Shown: positions 52,348-62,556, numbered from the stretch's first letter. The stretch: 64,000 nucleotides of DNA from Methanosarcinales archaeon (GCA_030611585.1 JAUWPM010000001.1:1715-65714), one strand, 5' to 3'. Numbers and translations: made by a program. Notes: generated from the letters alone by a model not told the origin.

Positions 52348-53163
52348 ATGAACTCACTTTCAGGATGGCCCGGGACGGAGAAACTAAAGCGGGAGAAGGT
52401 CTACATCCTTTTCCTCTTCTTAGGGCTCGTTCTTGTTGCTTTTGTCTTTATTACAATTGGAAACTTGTATTACAAGCAAGCAGAAGACTTCTCCGGGTTA
52501 ATTGATGCTGCGACTGACCTCGTAGTTCTAAAAGCAATAGCGATAAGCATAACTATGGCACTGGCTTCCACCTTAATCGCGTTCTTATTTGGCGTCCCCT
52601 TAGCGTATTTCCTCGCGAGGAAGGAGTTCATGGGTAAGAGCGTAATAGAAGGTATTGTGGACATTCCCTTGATGATTCCACATGTGGTTGCTGGAATTGC
52701 ATTGTACGGGGTGTTCATGCGGTATGGATTGATCGGTGCGCCGCTTAGAAAATTGGGAATCGTAATTACGGATGCGTATCCCGGAATCGTGGTTGCGATG
52801 CTCTTCATGAGTCTCCCGTATTTGGTAGATACTGCGCGAGAAGGATTTAAAGAGGTTGATCCACGGTTAGAAAACGTTGCTCGCTCATTGGGCGCATCTC
52901 ATTGGAGAACGTTCCGAGAGATAACGTTCCCGCTTGCTTTCCCGTCCATATTGAGCGGCGCGATTCTGAGCTGGGGGCGAGCGATAAGCGAGTTCTCTGC
53001 GGTTCTAATCATCGCATATCACCCGATCTCCGCACCAATTTTAATCTACGAGAAGTTTACTTCGTTTGGACTTCGGGCATCACGACCAATCTCGGTTCTG
53101 CTGATCTCGATCTGTCTGGTTATTTTTATAATGCTGAGGTGGCTTCAGAGGAGAAGGGGATGA
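52348..53163 (+). CDS. wtpB: Tungstate ABC transporter permease
   Basis: DIPLMIPHVVAGIAL, DPRLENVARSLGA, RAISEF. Confidence 0.88.
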   Translation: MNSLSGWPGTEKLKREKVYILFLFLGLVLVAFVFITIGNLYYKQAEDFSGLIDAATDLVVLKAIAISITMALASTLIAFLFGVPLAYFLARKEFMGKSVIEGIVDIPLMIPHVVAGIALYGVFMRYGLIGAPLRKLGIVITDAYPGIVVAMLFMSLPYLVDTAREGFKEVDPRLENVARSLGASHWRTFREITFPLAFPSILSGAILSWGRAISEFSAVLIIAYHPISAPILIYEKFTSFGLRASRPISVLLISICLVIFIMLRWLQRRRG

Positions 53164-54249
53164 ATGATAGAAGTACGAGCTTTATACAAGGACTGGAAAG
53201 AGTTCGCTCTTAAAGACATAAACCTGGAAATTAAAAAAGGCGAGTATTTCGTCATTCTGGGTCCCACAGGTGCGGGAAAGACGTTACTGCTGGAGACGAT
53301 TGCGGGTTTTTATATCCCGGATAGCGGAGAAGTCAGGATTGACGGTCGTGACGTGACGATTATTCCACCCGAGAGGCGGAGGATCGGCTTTATTTATCAG
53401 GATTATTCACTCTTCCCACATTTGAACGTTGAGCAGAACATAGAATTCGGGTTGAAGTCGAGGAAAAAGTCTGCATCGCAGGATACGAACAGGAAGAGAG
53501 TGAAGGAAATAATGGACTGGCTGAGTATATCGCACCTTGCGCATCGCTACCCCGCTACGTTAAGTGGTGGAGAACAGCAGAAGGTTGCAATTGGCAGAGC
53601 GATTGCCATTGAACCTTCAATATTGCTTCTGGACGAGCCGCTATCTGCTTTAGACCGCAGAACGCAAGATCATCTGAGAGAGGAACTGAAGCGTGTGAAA
53701 GAAGAGTTTGGGATTACCATGGTTCACGTAACGCACGACCAGACGGAAGCGTTGGTGCTCGCGGATAGAATAGCGGTGATGATGCAAGGGCGAATAATGC
53801 AGGTGGGTACGCCTCAAGAGATTTTTAATAAGCCACTGAACGAGGAGTTAGCAGATTTTGTTGGCATCGAGAATGTATTACGTGGTGTAGTGCGAATTAA
53901 TGAGAATGGCATTGCGGAGATAGAAGTTGATATGGGGGTTACCATATTCGCCGTTTCGGAGTATCGTGATGGAGCGGTGAAAGTATTCATAAGGCCGGAA
54001 GACATAATTTTGTCAAAAAGCATAGGGGATAGCAGTGCGAGAAACGTTATGAACGTAAGAATAAAGGAGTTGCACGATATGGGCCCTTTAACTCGTGTAA
54101 AACTGGATGGCGAGCGTAGCAAGCATAGCAAGCGTATCGAGCTTGTAGCGCTTATTACGAAACAATCGCGTGAAGAGCTCGGGCTAAAAGAAGGGGACGC
54201 AGTCTACGCAACTTTTAAAGCGACTTCGGTGCACGTAGTGCGAGGATAG
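53164..54249 (+). CDS. wtpC: Tungstate ABC ATPase with TOBE domain
   Basis: KDWKEF start, GPTGAGKT, LSGGEQQ, TOBE. Confidence 0.88.
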   Translation: MIEVRALYKDWKEFALKDINLEIKKGEYFVILGPTGAGKTLLLETIAGFYIPDSGEVRIDGRDVTIIPPERRRIGFIYQDYSLFPHLNVEQNIEFGLKSRKKSASQDTNRKRVKEIMDWLSISHLAHRYPATLSGGEQQKVAIGRAIAIEPSILLLDEPLSALDRRTQDHLREELKRVKEEFGITMVHVTHDQTEALVLADRIAVMMQGRIMQVGTPQEIFNKPLNEELADFVGIENVLRGVVRINENGIAEIEVDMGVTIFAVSEYRDGAVKVFIRPEDIILSKSIGDSSARNVMNVRIKELHDMGPLTRVKLDGERSKHSKRIELVALITKQSREELGLKEGDAVYATFKATSVHVVRG

Positions 54250-54289
54250 TGGACTGATATTAATATGGCGGTGCGAATTTCGAGAAAAA

Positions 54290-54331
54290 CAGAAAAGCTT
54301 TTATGCCGAGCGGTGTATAACTACATATCGT
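54290..54331 (+). promoter_or_regulatory. BRE-TATA plus Mo/W operator copy 6
   Basis: cagaaaagcTTTTATG CCGAGCGG-N10-CATATCGT. Confidence 0.7.
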
Positions 54332-54429
54332 GCACGCCATTATTTCGCCTCTGTTTTTACTCCAAAATACAGAAGCATTAGCACGAACGACCATGCGTGG
54401 GGCGCTGCACCGCCCCGCGCTGGTTCTTT
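54330..54429 (+). ncRNA. Candidate Mo/W-regulated two-hairpin sRNA, copy 2
   Basis: Same blocks as copy 1 with different loops; no plus-strand gene follows. Confidence 0.55.
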
Positions 54430-54550
54430 GAGACCATTACTTCCGACGCTTTTATCATCGCTTCTACTTTATCACCCTCTTTTAGATAAAAATCTTCCGC
54501 CGCCTCTTTTGTGATCATCGAGGTTATGTTATGATTGCGTGCTTGGTGAA
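54427..54550 (-). pseudogene. Truncated Mop/TOBE remnant
   Basis: DNA nearly identical to 40183-40299 of the intact mop gene; 5' half missing. Confidence 0.75.
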
Positions 54551-54667
54551 TAGACACGTTAGGATTCCTTCGCTTACAGTGATCGGTATAGTGTCATCTC
54601 AATCTGTACCGACTTTCGTGATGAAGCCCTAACCGAAAAGTTTATATAACCCCTTCTTCCTTAGTAG

Positions 54668-55804
54668 ATGATTACAACCATGTGGGAAAATAGCGAAAAA
54701 GAAAAGGTGGATAAGATGGGGAATATGTTAGGATACTCTCGAGAAGTACTAACGGGACCAACAGAAGAGGAGGATTTGTTCGGAGTGCCGCAGCTCGCGA
54801 TCGTTGGCGTCGGTGGGGCAGGTAACAACTCCATGAATAGATTGGAGTACATGGGCGGGTTAAATGGCGTGAGTAGAATTGCGGTAAACACGGACAAGCT
54901 GCACTTAGATTCGATAAAATGTGAACAGAAGGTGCTGATAGGAAGGTCGCTTACCAAGGGATTAGGAGCAGGAGGCTCTCCGGACATAGGGCGAAAAGCC
55001 GCGGAATTGGACAGGGATGAGCTTCGGAGATTTTTAAGCAAAAAAAACTTCGTGTTCCTCACTACCGGAATGGGCGGTGGCACGGGCACGGGAGCAACAC
55101 CTGTTGTAGCGGACATAGCGAAGGAAGAAGGTGCAATCGTAGTAGCGATGGTCTCGTATCCTTTTGAAGTGGAGCGGATAAGAAGGAAAAGAGCTGCGGA
55201 AGGGATCGAAAGATTGAGAGAGTCTACGGACACGGTTATAGTGTTGGAGAACGACAAGCTGATAAAGTATGCGGGCAATCTTCCGGTGAATGACGCTTTC
55301 AGGACGATGGATATGTTGATCGCAGAGACGATACAGGGCATAACCGAGACGATAACACAACCCTCTTTGGTCAATCTCGACTTCGCGGACCTCAAAGCAG
55401 TGATGGAGGCAGGCGGTGTTGCCGTGATGCTTGTCGGTGAGACGACGAAGTCGGAGAACAAACCTGAAGCTGTTGTGGAAGATGCACTCAGTCATCCGCT
55501 GTTGGAGGCAGATTATAGAGGTGCAAAAGGCGCTCTTATACACGTGACTGGCGGCTCGGACCTCACGATGAAGGAGACAACCGATATCGTAGAGTTACTT
55601 ACCTACGAGTTAGATCCCGACGCGAACGTGATATGGGGAGCGAGGATAAACGATGATTACAATGGAAAGGCGAAGGTAACGGCAATAATGACCGGTGTGG
55701 AGCCGAGCTGGACGTTCGGTGGGATCTACGAAGAACGGAAAGGGAGCATTGCTCAGGGTAATGGTGGAGGACTCAGCGATATAATACCAATTATCCGACG
55801 CTAA
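54668..55804 (+). CDS. ftsZ: Cell division protein FtsZ
   Basis: GVGGAGNN, GLGAGG, GMGGGTGTGA, NLDFAD; start may be a later ATG. Confidence 0.95.
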   Translation: MITTMWENSEKEKVDKMGNMLGYSREVLTGPTEEEDLFGVPQLAIVGVGGAGNNSMNRLEYMGGLNGVSRIAVNTDKLHLDSIKCEQKVLIGRSLTKGLGAGGSPDIGRKAAELDRDELRRFLSKKNFVFLTTGMGGGTGTGATPVVADIAKEEGAIVVAMVSYPFEVERIRRKRAAEGIERLRESTDTVIVLENDKLIKYAGNLPVNDAFRTMDMLIAETIQGITETITQPSLVNLDFADLKAVMEAGGVAVMLVGETTKSENKPEAVVEDALSHPLLEADYRGAKGALIHVTGGSDLTMKETTDIVELLTYELDPDANVIWGARINDDYNGKAKVTAIMTGVEPSWTFGGIYEERKGSIAQGNGGGLSDIIPIIRR

Positions 55805-55859
55805 CCTAACTATAACTAACCAGCGGAAATATATCGTAATAGAATAAAGGATATTAATA

Positions 55860-56141
55860 GGGAGAGAGGAAGGGCAGCTGCCGGTCTTCTTTTTTTTAAG
55901 AGGGCTGAGGAAAGTCCCCCCACCATAAATAAGGATAAAACACGAACGCCGGGAGGGCGTAAGGCGAGAGTCTTGGCTCTGGTATAGAAACGATACCGTG
56001 CCATACTAAGTAACGTGATGATTCCGTGAGGATGAATTCGTATGGTTGCGGATGGAACGACCAACCTCGTGGGTGCAAGCCTGAGGAAGGCGCGAAGATA
56101 AATGCTGCTGAAACAGAAGGGGGCTTACTCTCCTCACTCCC
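55860..56141 (+). ncRNA. rnpB: RNase P RNA
   Basis: GAGGAAAGTCC and ACAGAAGGGGGCTTAC (P4), GCAGC/GCTGC (P2), AGAAAC and GGAAC loops, terminal helix. Confidence 0.92.
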
Positions 56142-56274
56142 TGTCAAACTCTCTTTAGAATGGCTTTGACATTTCCCAAAGGGAAATGCATTCCAAAGGA
56201 ATGAACGTTCCATTGCGAAGCAATGTGAGAAGGGAGTTTGATCAAAGGCAAGCTATTAAACGGCATTTTTGCTA

Positions 56275-57432
56275 CTATCTAAACACAGTTTTTGGAATGG
56301 AAATATCCTTAGAAAATCCTATTGCATAATTATCAGACATGCCTGAGATATAGTCAGCCAAAATCTGTGTTTTATCGGCATCGGATTTCTCATAGAATTT
56401 TTTATATGCTCTTAAATAGTCTCCAAATTCTTTATAGGATTTAATAAAGTGGCCCTTATAAAATTCAAAGTCATATCTATGTTCATCAAACAACTCAGAT
56501 AGTGAACTGTAAATATTCTGAAGAATGACTCCAACATAGTGTCTGTAATTTTCTATTTTTTCAGCCTTATAGATGCCTCTCTCGGAGAAATCATTAATTT
56601 TACATATAATTTCAAAACCATCATTAGACATGCCTACTTTTTCTTTACTATTGGTGGTGTCGATTATGTCATATATTATCCTCTTTAAAAGAGCCCGATT
56701 GAACTGGTATTTTGCGTCTGAAGATTCAATATCTAAATATTCTAATATATCCTTCGGGATTTTTTCAGTTTTTTCACCATTAATGATTTCTAATTCAATA
56801 GCATCTTCCATATCTCTGCCCAAAGACGATATTTTATCGGCAACTCTGACAATACACCCCTCATATGAAGAGGGATATTTATCCAATTTTCCAATATCTT
56901 CTAACTTTTTCACTTCCCAGTCAGGCTCAATAAACTGTTCTAATTTTTCTCCACAATGGCTAACTATTCCATCTCTTACTCCAAACGTTAATTTTAACCC
57001 CTTGCCCTTTTCGGCGATATAATCTACAAATCTAAGACTATTGATTTCATGATGAAAGCTATTTTCCCCCTTTGTTTCTTTTTCAACGATTTTATTTAAG
57101 ACTTCTTCTCCTGCGTGTCCAAATGGTGCATGCCCAATATCATGTCCCAATGCAATTGCTTGAGCCATTTCCACATTTAATTTCCACCCTTTATTGATTA
57201 ATCCTTTAGAAATAGTTGTAGAATTTGTAAATACATGAAGAACATGTTCAATTCTAGTACAAATATGGTCGTTATCTGGTGCAAAAAAGACTTGTGTCTT
57301 TCTTTTTAGTCTCCTGAATGGTAATGAATGCACTATTGCTGTTTGATCGCGAAAAAATACACCACGGATGTCTTCTTTTTTTGGTTTAAATCGCCGCTCA
57401 TAAACTTCATCAGATAGTTCGTTCTTCATCAT
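56275..57432 (-). CDS. HD-domain dGTP triphosphohydrolase-like protein
   Basis: FRRLKRKTQVF, TRIEH, HDIGHAPFGHAGE, ADKI, DYISGMSDNYA. Confidence 0.88.
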   Translation of the reverse strand: MMKNELSDEVYERRFKPKKEDIRGVFFRDQTAIVHSLPFRRLKRKTQVFFAPDNDHICTRIEHVLHVFTNSTTISKGLINKGWKLNVEMAQAIALGHDIGHAPFGHAGEEVLNKIVEKETKGENSFHHEINSLRFVDYIAEKGKGLKLTFGVRDGIVSHCGEKLEQFIEPDWEVKKLEDIGKLDKYPSSYEGCIVRVADKISSLGRDMEDAIELEIINGEKTEKIPKDILEYLDIESSDAKYQFNRALLKRIIYDIIDTTNSKEKVGMSNDGFEIICKINDFSERGIYKAEKIENYRHYVGVILQNIYSSLSELFDEHRYDFEFYKGHFIKSYKEFGDYLRAYKKFYEKSDADKTQILADYISGMSDNYAIGFSKDISIPKTVFR

Positions 57433-57640
57433 CTTAAACCCCTCTTCTTGTGGCTTTTCAATGTTTTGTTACGAGTCCCATTAGGAAAGTCACATACCCG
57501 TACTTAAGATAATGGGGCATGCAACCATAAAAAGTTTTGTATAAAGCGTCATGTACCCTGTTTTAAGCGTCTTTTCCCTTCCTTCATCTGCTACAACGAA
57601 CAATTTTATCATAGCAAACTTTCAGCAAGGATAAAAGAGG

Positions 57641-58561
57641 TCATTCATCCCTATACCCAACTTCTGTCGTCATCAAATCACTCGCCACTTCTGTGTTCTC
57701 GAACACCCGCCGTGCTTCGTCCCTCAACTTACGTGCACCGTCTAAATCTGAATATCGTGCGCTGAGATGCGTTAGGATGAGTCTTCTCACCGCTGCTTCC
57801 TTCGCCACTTCCGCAGCCTCCAAAGCGGTTGAATGCATGTAACTAATTGCGTATTCCTTCGTCTCCTCTGATAGAGTACCCTCGTGTATCAACAAATCCG
57901 CGTTCTTACTCGCTTCGATCACGCTCTCACACGGTCTCGTATCGCCGGTATAAACGATTTTCCTGCCCGGTCTCGGCGGTCCTAATACTTGTTCAGGCTT
58001 TACCTCTCTTCCTTCAACGAGAATAGAATGTCCCGATTGCAGTTTGGCGAATAACGGGCCGGGTTTTACGCCGAGCTCTATCGCGTGGTCTCTGTTGAAT
58101 CTCCCAGGTCGCATATCCTCTTCCAGCACGTAGCCGATACTCACCACGTTGTGCACCGTTTTTACCGTTCGTATCTCGTAGCCCGCTCTTCGTACAACGT
58201 CGCCGGGGCTCAGCTCTATCGCCTTCACGTCAAAGCTCCTACCGGCGTAGCCCAACGCGAGCAGATGGTAGAGGAATTTATCCACATGCCTCGGCCCGTA
58301 GATTTCCAAGGGCTCTTCTCTACCTTGCAGTGCCATCGTCTGTAACAGACCAGGAATGCCGAGGACATGGTCGGCGTGGAAATGCGTGATGAAAATAGCG
58401 GTTATCTTCATGCCGGTCTTTGCTCGCATCATCTGCTGCTGCGCGCCTTCGCCGCAATCAAACAGCATCAACTCGCCCTTCCTATTCACTGCTATTGCTG
58501 ATGGCGTCCTGTTCGGCGTGGGTGTCGAGCCTCCGGTTCCTAAAAATGTTATTCGTAGCAT
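57641..58561 (-). CDS. rnz: Ribonuclease Z
   Basis: FLGTGG, FDCGEG, THFHADH, YTGDTRP, MHST, LTHLSARY. Confidence 0.95.
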   Translation of the reverse strand: MLRITFLGTGGSTPTPNRTPSAIAVNRKGELMLFDCGEGAQQQMMRAKTGMKITAIFITHFHADHVLGIPGLLQTMALQGREEPLEIYGPRHVDKFLYHLLALGYAGRSFDVKAIELSPGDVVRRAGYEIRTVKTVHNVVSIGYVLEEDMRPGRFNRDHAIELGVKPGPLFAKLQSGHSILVEGREVKPEQVLGPPRPGRKIVYTGDTRPCESVIEASKNADLLIHEGTLSEETKEYAISYMHSTALEAAEVAKEAAVRRLILTHLSARYSDLDGARKLRDEARRVFENTEVASDLMTTEVGYRDE

Positions 58562-58626
58562 GAATCCTTTCTTTGTAATAGAAAGCTTTACCAAAGAATT
58601 AATTTTAGAAAAAAGAAAAAGTGTTA

Positions 58627-59484
58627 CTACACGATTACTACACCGTATTCCGCTCCGGTCATCGTTATCTCTCTTTTCAGCACCTTAAAAAAGATCTTAA
58701 ATGATTTGATGGCAGAATCAGCCCATTCATCAAGTTTTCCCATAGATCTCTCCAATTCTTTCTCCGTTTCGTTCTGGCTAACGCATCCGAACTGCTTTAC
58801 TTGTTCCCAATTCTCCCGTAGATATTTGAACAGCGATGCCGATGCGAAATGCACGGGAACCAGCGGATGGTGTGCGGAAAGGTCAATAATCAATTGACTT
58901 TCCTGTTCCACTTCTCTATCAGAAATGCCAGACCACTGTATCGCTTTCCGCCGTGCGTCTTCGTGGATTACGCCCTTCATCTCTGAACTGAGGCTTTTGA
59001 CGTTATGCCCCGCTAATTCCGCGTAGATTTCACCCTGGGCGAGTTCGTGTTCGAGCATATATCTCAGCATGTTTTTGGTTGCGGATTTGAGATACTCTTC
59101 GTTCATTGCGATGACTGAAAACCACAAGCCATGAAGTGAGAAGCGGCGATACATTGCAGCGCCGTAATCTAAAGAATCCTCAGTAGGCGCTAATATCGAA
59201 GGTGCGAAGATGAACGCTTTTGTTTTTAACAAGATGATGTTCTCGAGTCGGTCGCTGCCAACGAGTTGTTTGATTCTTTCTTCCTCATCGTCTTCCAGAG
59301 GAACGTGCATAGCGGCCGGATGATTGAGGTATTGTTCGTAACTTTTGATAATCTGATTTATTCTATACGGGTCGAGCTTCTTTAGCGTTGCCGATATTTC
59401 CTCTGCTTTGGTCTGCAACCACTTAATATACGCTTCGTCGTCTCTCCTTCGTAGTTCCTCGTCTCCTCCATCAGTCGAAATCAT
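58627..59484 (-). CDS. Hypothetical protein
   Basis: Long ORF, LEHELAQ segment; start chosen at ATG 59484. Confidence 0.65.
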   Translation of the reverse strand: MISTDGGDEELRRRDDEAYIKWLQTKAEEISATLKKLDPYRINQIIKSYEQYLNHPAAMHVPLEDDEEERIKQLVGSDRLENIILLKTKAFIFAPSILAPTEDSLDYGAAMYRRFSLHGLWFSVIAMNEEYLKSATKNMLRYMLEHELAQGEIYAELAGHNVKSLSSEMKGVIHEDARRKAIQWSGISDREVEQESQLIIDLSAHHPLVPVHFASASLFKYLRENWEQVKQFGCVSQNETEKELERSMGKLDEWADSAIKSFKIFFKVLKREITMTGAEYGVVIV

Positions 59485-59625
59485 TTTTCTATATTGATTA
59501 CTTAGAAAGGATGCTTTCTTTATAAAACGAGTTTTTACAGACCTTCTCGTCCAACGATTTTTTCTGACTAACGTCAATTATAGTTATAGTTAACAAGCTC
59601 AATTATTAGTGGGGATTCAAATCAA

Positions 59626-60540
59626 ATGGAGCTGAAACTGAGTTCGCCGCAGGACTGCATTGGGGACTTCACGTACAACTTCATCTGGCAGCACAAAGGA
59701 GCAAAGCTCAATCCCCCCGGGACGATTCCGTCGCAGCTCGGCGCGAGTTATTCGTATGAAAATATAGTGGAGGCACTGAAAAGTGGTGAAGACGTGCACA
59801 TCAAGGGCGACGTGGGCAAGAGGGTTGGTTCGAGTTTGGGTGTTGACCTCGTTTATTCCGGTGGTAACGGTAAGGAACTGCCTGGAATGGGATCCATAAT
59901 TGTGGATGGAAATGCAGGTTCTTATCTCGGAATGAGCATGCTTTCAGGCGCTATTTACGTTATGGGTGACGTTAAAGAACCGCTTGGTAATATAGTGCAA
60001 GTACAATCCGATTTGGAGGGTTATAAGAAATTTGTTTCGATAACATGGCTCTTGCATCACCCGGAAGAGCGGGCAATAACCGCTATTCTTGAGCCTAACG
60101 AGTTCAAAGAGGGGGAGTTGCTTCTTACCGACGGAATTTTGAGGAGCACGCTTGCGGCACGATGTATGAACGAGGCGACGGTGCACGTAAATGGAGACGT
60201 TGGGATAAGCGTTGGGATATTGATGCGCAATGGGTTGGTCGTAATAGACGGGAATGCCGGTGTGAACGCTGCTGCATTGCTTAATGGCGGTACCGTTGTC
60301 GTATTGGGCGATGTTGCGGAATTTGTAGGCGTGGAAATGAGAAAAGGGGTTGTGCTCGTGAAGGGTAACGCAAAAGGTTTTGTCGGTGCTAAAATGACCG
60401 GCGGGCGGATAATTTGCAGGAGGACGAAGCCCATTCCGCCTGTTACGGAGAAAAAACTTGAAACGGGCGATTTAGCGTTGCTTTCGAAGTTCGGCGTTTC
60501 TGGACTGCTTACGCTGAATTATGGGCGATATGAGGTGTGA
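59626..60540 (+). CDS. FwdC/GltB-C-like GXGXG beta-helix protein
   Basis: Repeated VxGD/GNAG..xG..M.GG units. Confidence 0.8.
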   Translation: MELKLSSPQDCIGDFTYNFIWQHKGAKLNPPGTIPSQLGASYSYENIVEALKSGEDVHIKGDVGKRVGSSLGVDLVYSGGNGKELPGMGSIIVDGNAGSYLGMSMLSGAIYVMGDVKEPLGNIVQVQSDLEGYKKFVSITWLLHHPEERAITAILEPNEFKEGELLLTDGILRSTLAARCMNEATVHVNGDVGISVGILMRNGLVVIDGNAGVNAAALLNGGTVVVLGDVAEFVGVEMRKGVVLVKGNAKGFVGAKMTGGRIICRRTKPIPPVTEKKLETGDLALLSKFGVSGLLTLNYGRYEV

Positions 60541-60657
60541 CGAAGAATATTTCTTCCCGTAACCGCTTTTAAAGAAAAGGGCAAATTTATGCTGATAACA
60601 GCGCGGGATGCAACAAAAACAGAGAAAGGGTTATATAGAAAGAAAGTAAAGTAATAA

Positions 60658-60876
60658 ATGATGAAGAAAGCGAGAATAAAATCATCGGACGATTTTGAGA
60701 AGTTACCGGAGGGTGAGTGGGTAGAGGTTCAGGGAGGGGATCTGGAGGTTGAATTAGTTGAAGAAGTGAACACGAAACTGCTGATAACTGACGATGAAGT
60801 TAAAATCCCCGTTAATGAAGCAGTTTATGGTAAAATAAAAGATAAAAAGATTTTAATTATGCCAGAAACAAACTGA
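60658..60876 (+). CDS. Hypothetical small protein
   Basis: 72-aa ORF after a TATA-like sequence. Confidence 0.55.
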   Translation: MMKKARIKSSDDFEKLPEGEWVEVQGGDLEVELVEEVNTKLLITDDEVKIPVNEAVYGKIKDKKILIMPETN

Positions 60877-60969
60877 TAATTGTTAGGCTGCGGGGCATCG
60901 AGGATATTATAACATCTTTTTAAAGGAACGCAACAAATGCTTTTTAGGTTCTATGCAACATATCTTGTC

Positions 60970-61434
60970 ATGACAAAACCCAAAAAGATTTTCTTCTCGT
61001 GCTCGATGCGGGGTGGATTCAGCAGACTCACGCAAGAAGAATTAAGAAAGATTCCTGACATAATAGAAGAGCTGGGGCTGATGGTGATAAGCAGGCATCA
61101 AACCAGCGAGAACTTTGAGGAAATCGAGTCGCGACTTACCGAGCAGGAGATTCACGATCGCGATTACCGATGGCTGACGGAGGCGGACGTCGTCATAGCG
61201 GAAATAACCAATCCGAGCCTCGGTGTCGGTGCAGAAATTGCCGATGCGGTTAATCTGGGCATTCCTGTGTTGTGCGTCTATAAACAGGAGTACGAGCACC
61301 AGATTTCGGCATACGCACGTGGTAAAGCGGGCGTGACATGCAGGGCGTATTCGGATTATGAAGAGCTGAAAGATGTAATCCGGGAGTTTACTTTTAGAGA
61401 CCGTCGAAGGGATTGCAAAGGGGGCGTAAATTAA
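60970..61434 (+). CDS. Nucleoside 2-deoxyribosyltransferase / RCL-like hydrolase
   Basis: IFFSCSMRGG, IHDRD, ADVVIAEITNPSLGVGAEI. Confidence 0.85.
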   Translation: MTKPKKIFFSCSMRGGFSRLTQEELRKIPDIIEELGLMVISRHQTSENFEEIESRLTEQEIHDRDYRWLTEADVVIAEITNPSLGVGAEIADAVNLGIPVLCVYKQEYEHQISAYARGKAGVTCRAYSDYEELKDVIREFTFRDRRRDCKGGVN

Positions 61435-62214
61435 ATGTTAAAAGAGGTTAAATGCTTAAAAATACACGAAGGGGCGTCCGTTGAGACGAAGCATGAGGTC
61501 GTAAAAGAAGAGCCTCTATCCCTCTCCATCAATGGTCGGCACTTTGTAACCGCGATGATCAGCCCGAAAATGAAGAAGGAGTTTGTCATAGGGCATCTAT
61601 TCACAGAGGGTATTATAAGTGGGATTGAAGAACTGGAATCCTTGCAGCTCGTTGAGAATATCGCACGTGTACTAATAACAAACCCTCTAAAAGTAGTAGC
61701 GGCAAGAAAAACCATTGTGAGCGGCTGTGGCGGTGAGTCTTCGTTCTTAGACGAATCAAAATTACCAACGATAAAATCTAACTTGACAATTGATGCCTGC
61801 GATCTAATTGCGGGAGTGAGATCCATTCTGGGTTCACCGATGCACAGGATCACTGGCGGTGTGCATCTGGTAGGATTGTTTGGAAAACGAGATCACAAAT
61901 CAATTCGGATTTGCATATCTGAGGACATAGGGCGGCATAACGCACTTGATAAAGTAATCGGCTACGGCTTAATCAATAACACAGATTTTGAACAGACCTT
62001 TATAGCGTGCACCGGTCGAATATCATCGGAGATGGCGTTGAAGTGTTCAATGGCGAATATTCCTGTCATCGCATCGAGAGGTGCAACAACGAGTCTGGCG
62101 ATTGAACTCGCGGAGAAGACCGGATTGTGTATTATCGGGTTCGTGCGGGGTGAAAGGATGAATGTTTATACAAATAGATACCGAACTACTTTCTCAAAAC
62201 CAGAATACCCATAA
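61435..62214 (+). CDS. fdhD: Formate dehydrogenase accessory sulfurtransferase FdhD
   Basis: SGCG, TGGVH, EDIGRHNALDK, GRISSEM, IGFVRG. Confidence 0.92.
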   Translation: MLKEVKCLKIHEGASVETKHEVVKEEPLSLSINGRHFVTAMISPKMKKEFVIGHLFTEGIISGIEELESLQLVENIARVLITNPLKVVAARKTIVSGCGGESSFLDESKLPTIKSNLTIDACDLIAGVRSILGSPMHRITGGVHLVGLFGKRDHKSIRICISEDIGRHNALDKVIGYGLINNTDFEQTFIACTGRISSEMALKCSMANIPVIASRGATTSLAIELAEKTGLCIIGFVRGERMNVYTNRYRTTFSKPEYP

Positions 62215-62235
62215 CCAGCCCGTACTTGTTTAGCT

Positions 62236-62443
62236 AACCACAAGATTACACATCACGGGCTCCGCCCGTGCCCCCGAAAACCCTGGAAGGGTTTATTCCA
62301 CGAGAGAATAACAATCGTAACCAAGTTTTAGCGCTTTATTGGTTACTTTATCCTTTATTAATCCAAATTTCTTGTGTTAATTATGGGGCTCTGCCCCATG
62401 TCCCCGCAAGCCCAGAAGGGGCTTATGTGAAATCTCGTGGTTT
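62236..62443 (-). repeat. Composite intergenic repeat (family C) near the tfuA break
   Basis: Reverse homolog of 47849-48010; shares the taagcccc..gggcttgcggg hairpin with family A. Confidence 0.7.
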
Positions 62444-62556
62444 TTTACATCAGCTATACAAATACATACCAACGATTTTACATGATTCAATATCTTCTTC
62501 GCGGTTCCTGCTTCAAGACTTGGTCCGAGGAACACGACCACTTTTTCCCCTCGCAT
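62377..62556 (-). pseudogene. tfuA: Truncated TfuA (N-terminal ~24 aa only)
   Basis: GAGGTG SD, MRGEKVVVFLGPSLEAGTAKKILN overlapping the ycaO 3' end, then unrelated or repeat-derived sequence. Confidence 0.7.

Noticed and set aside
55816..56213. Track ORFs 55816-56064 and 55896-56213
   Set aside because: Antisense to the RNase P RNA.
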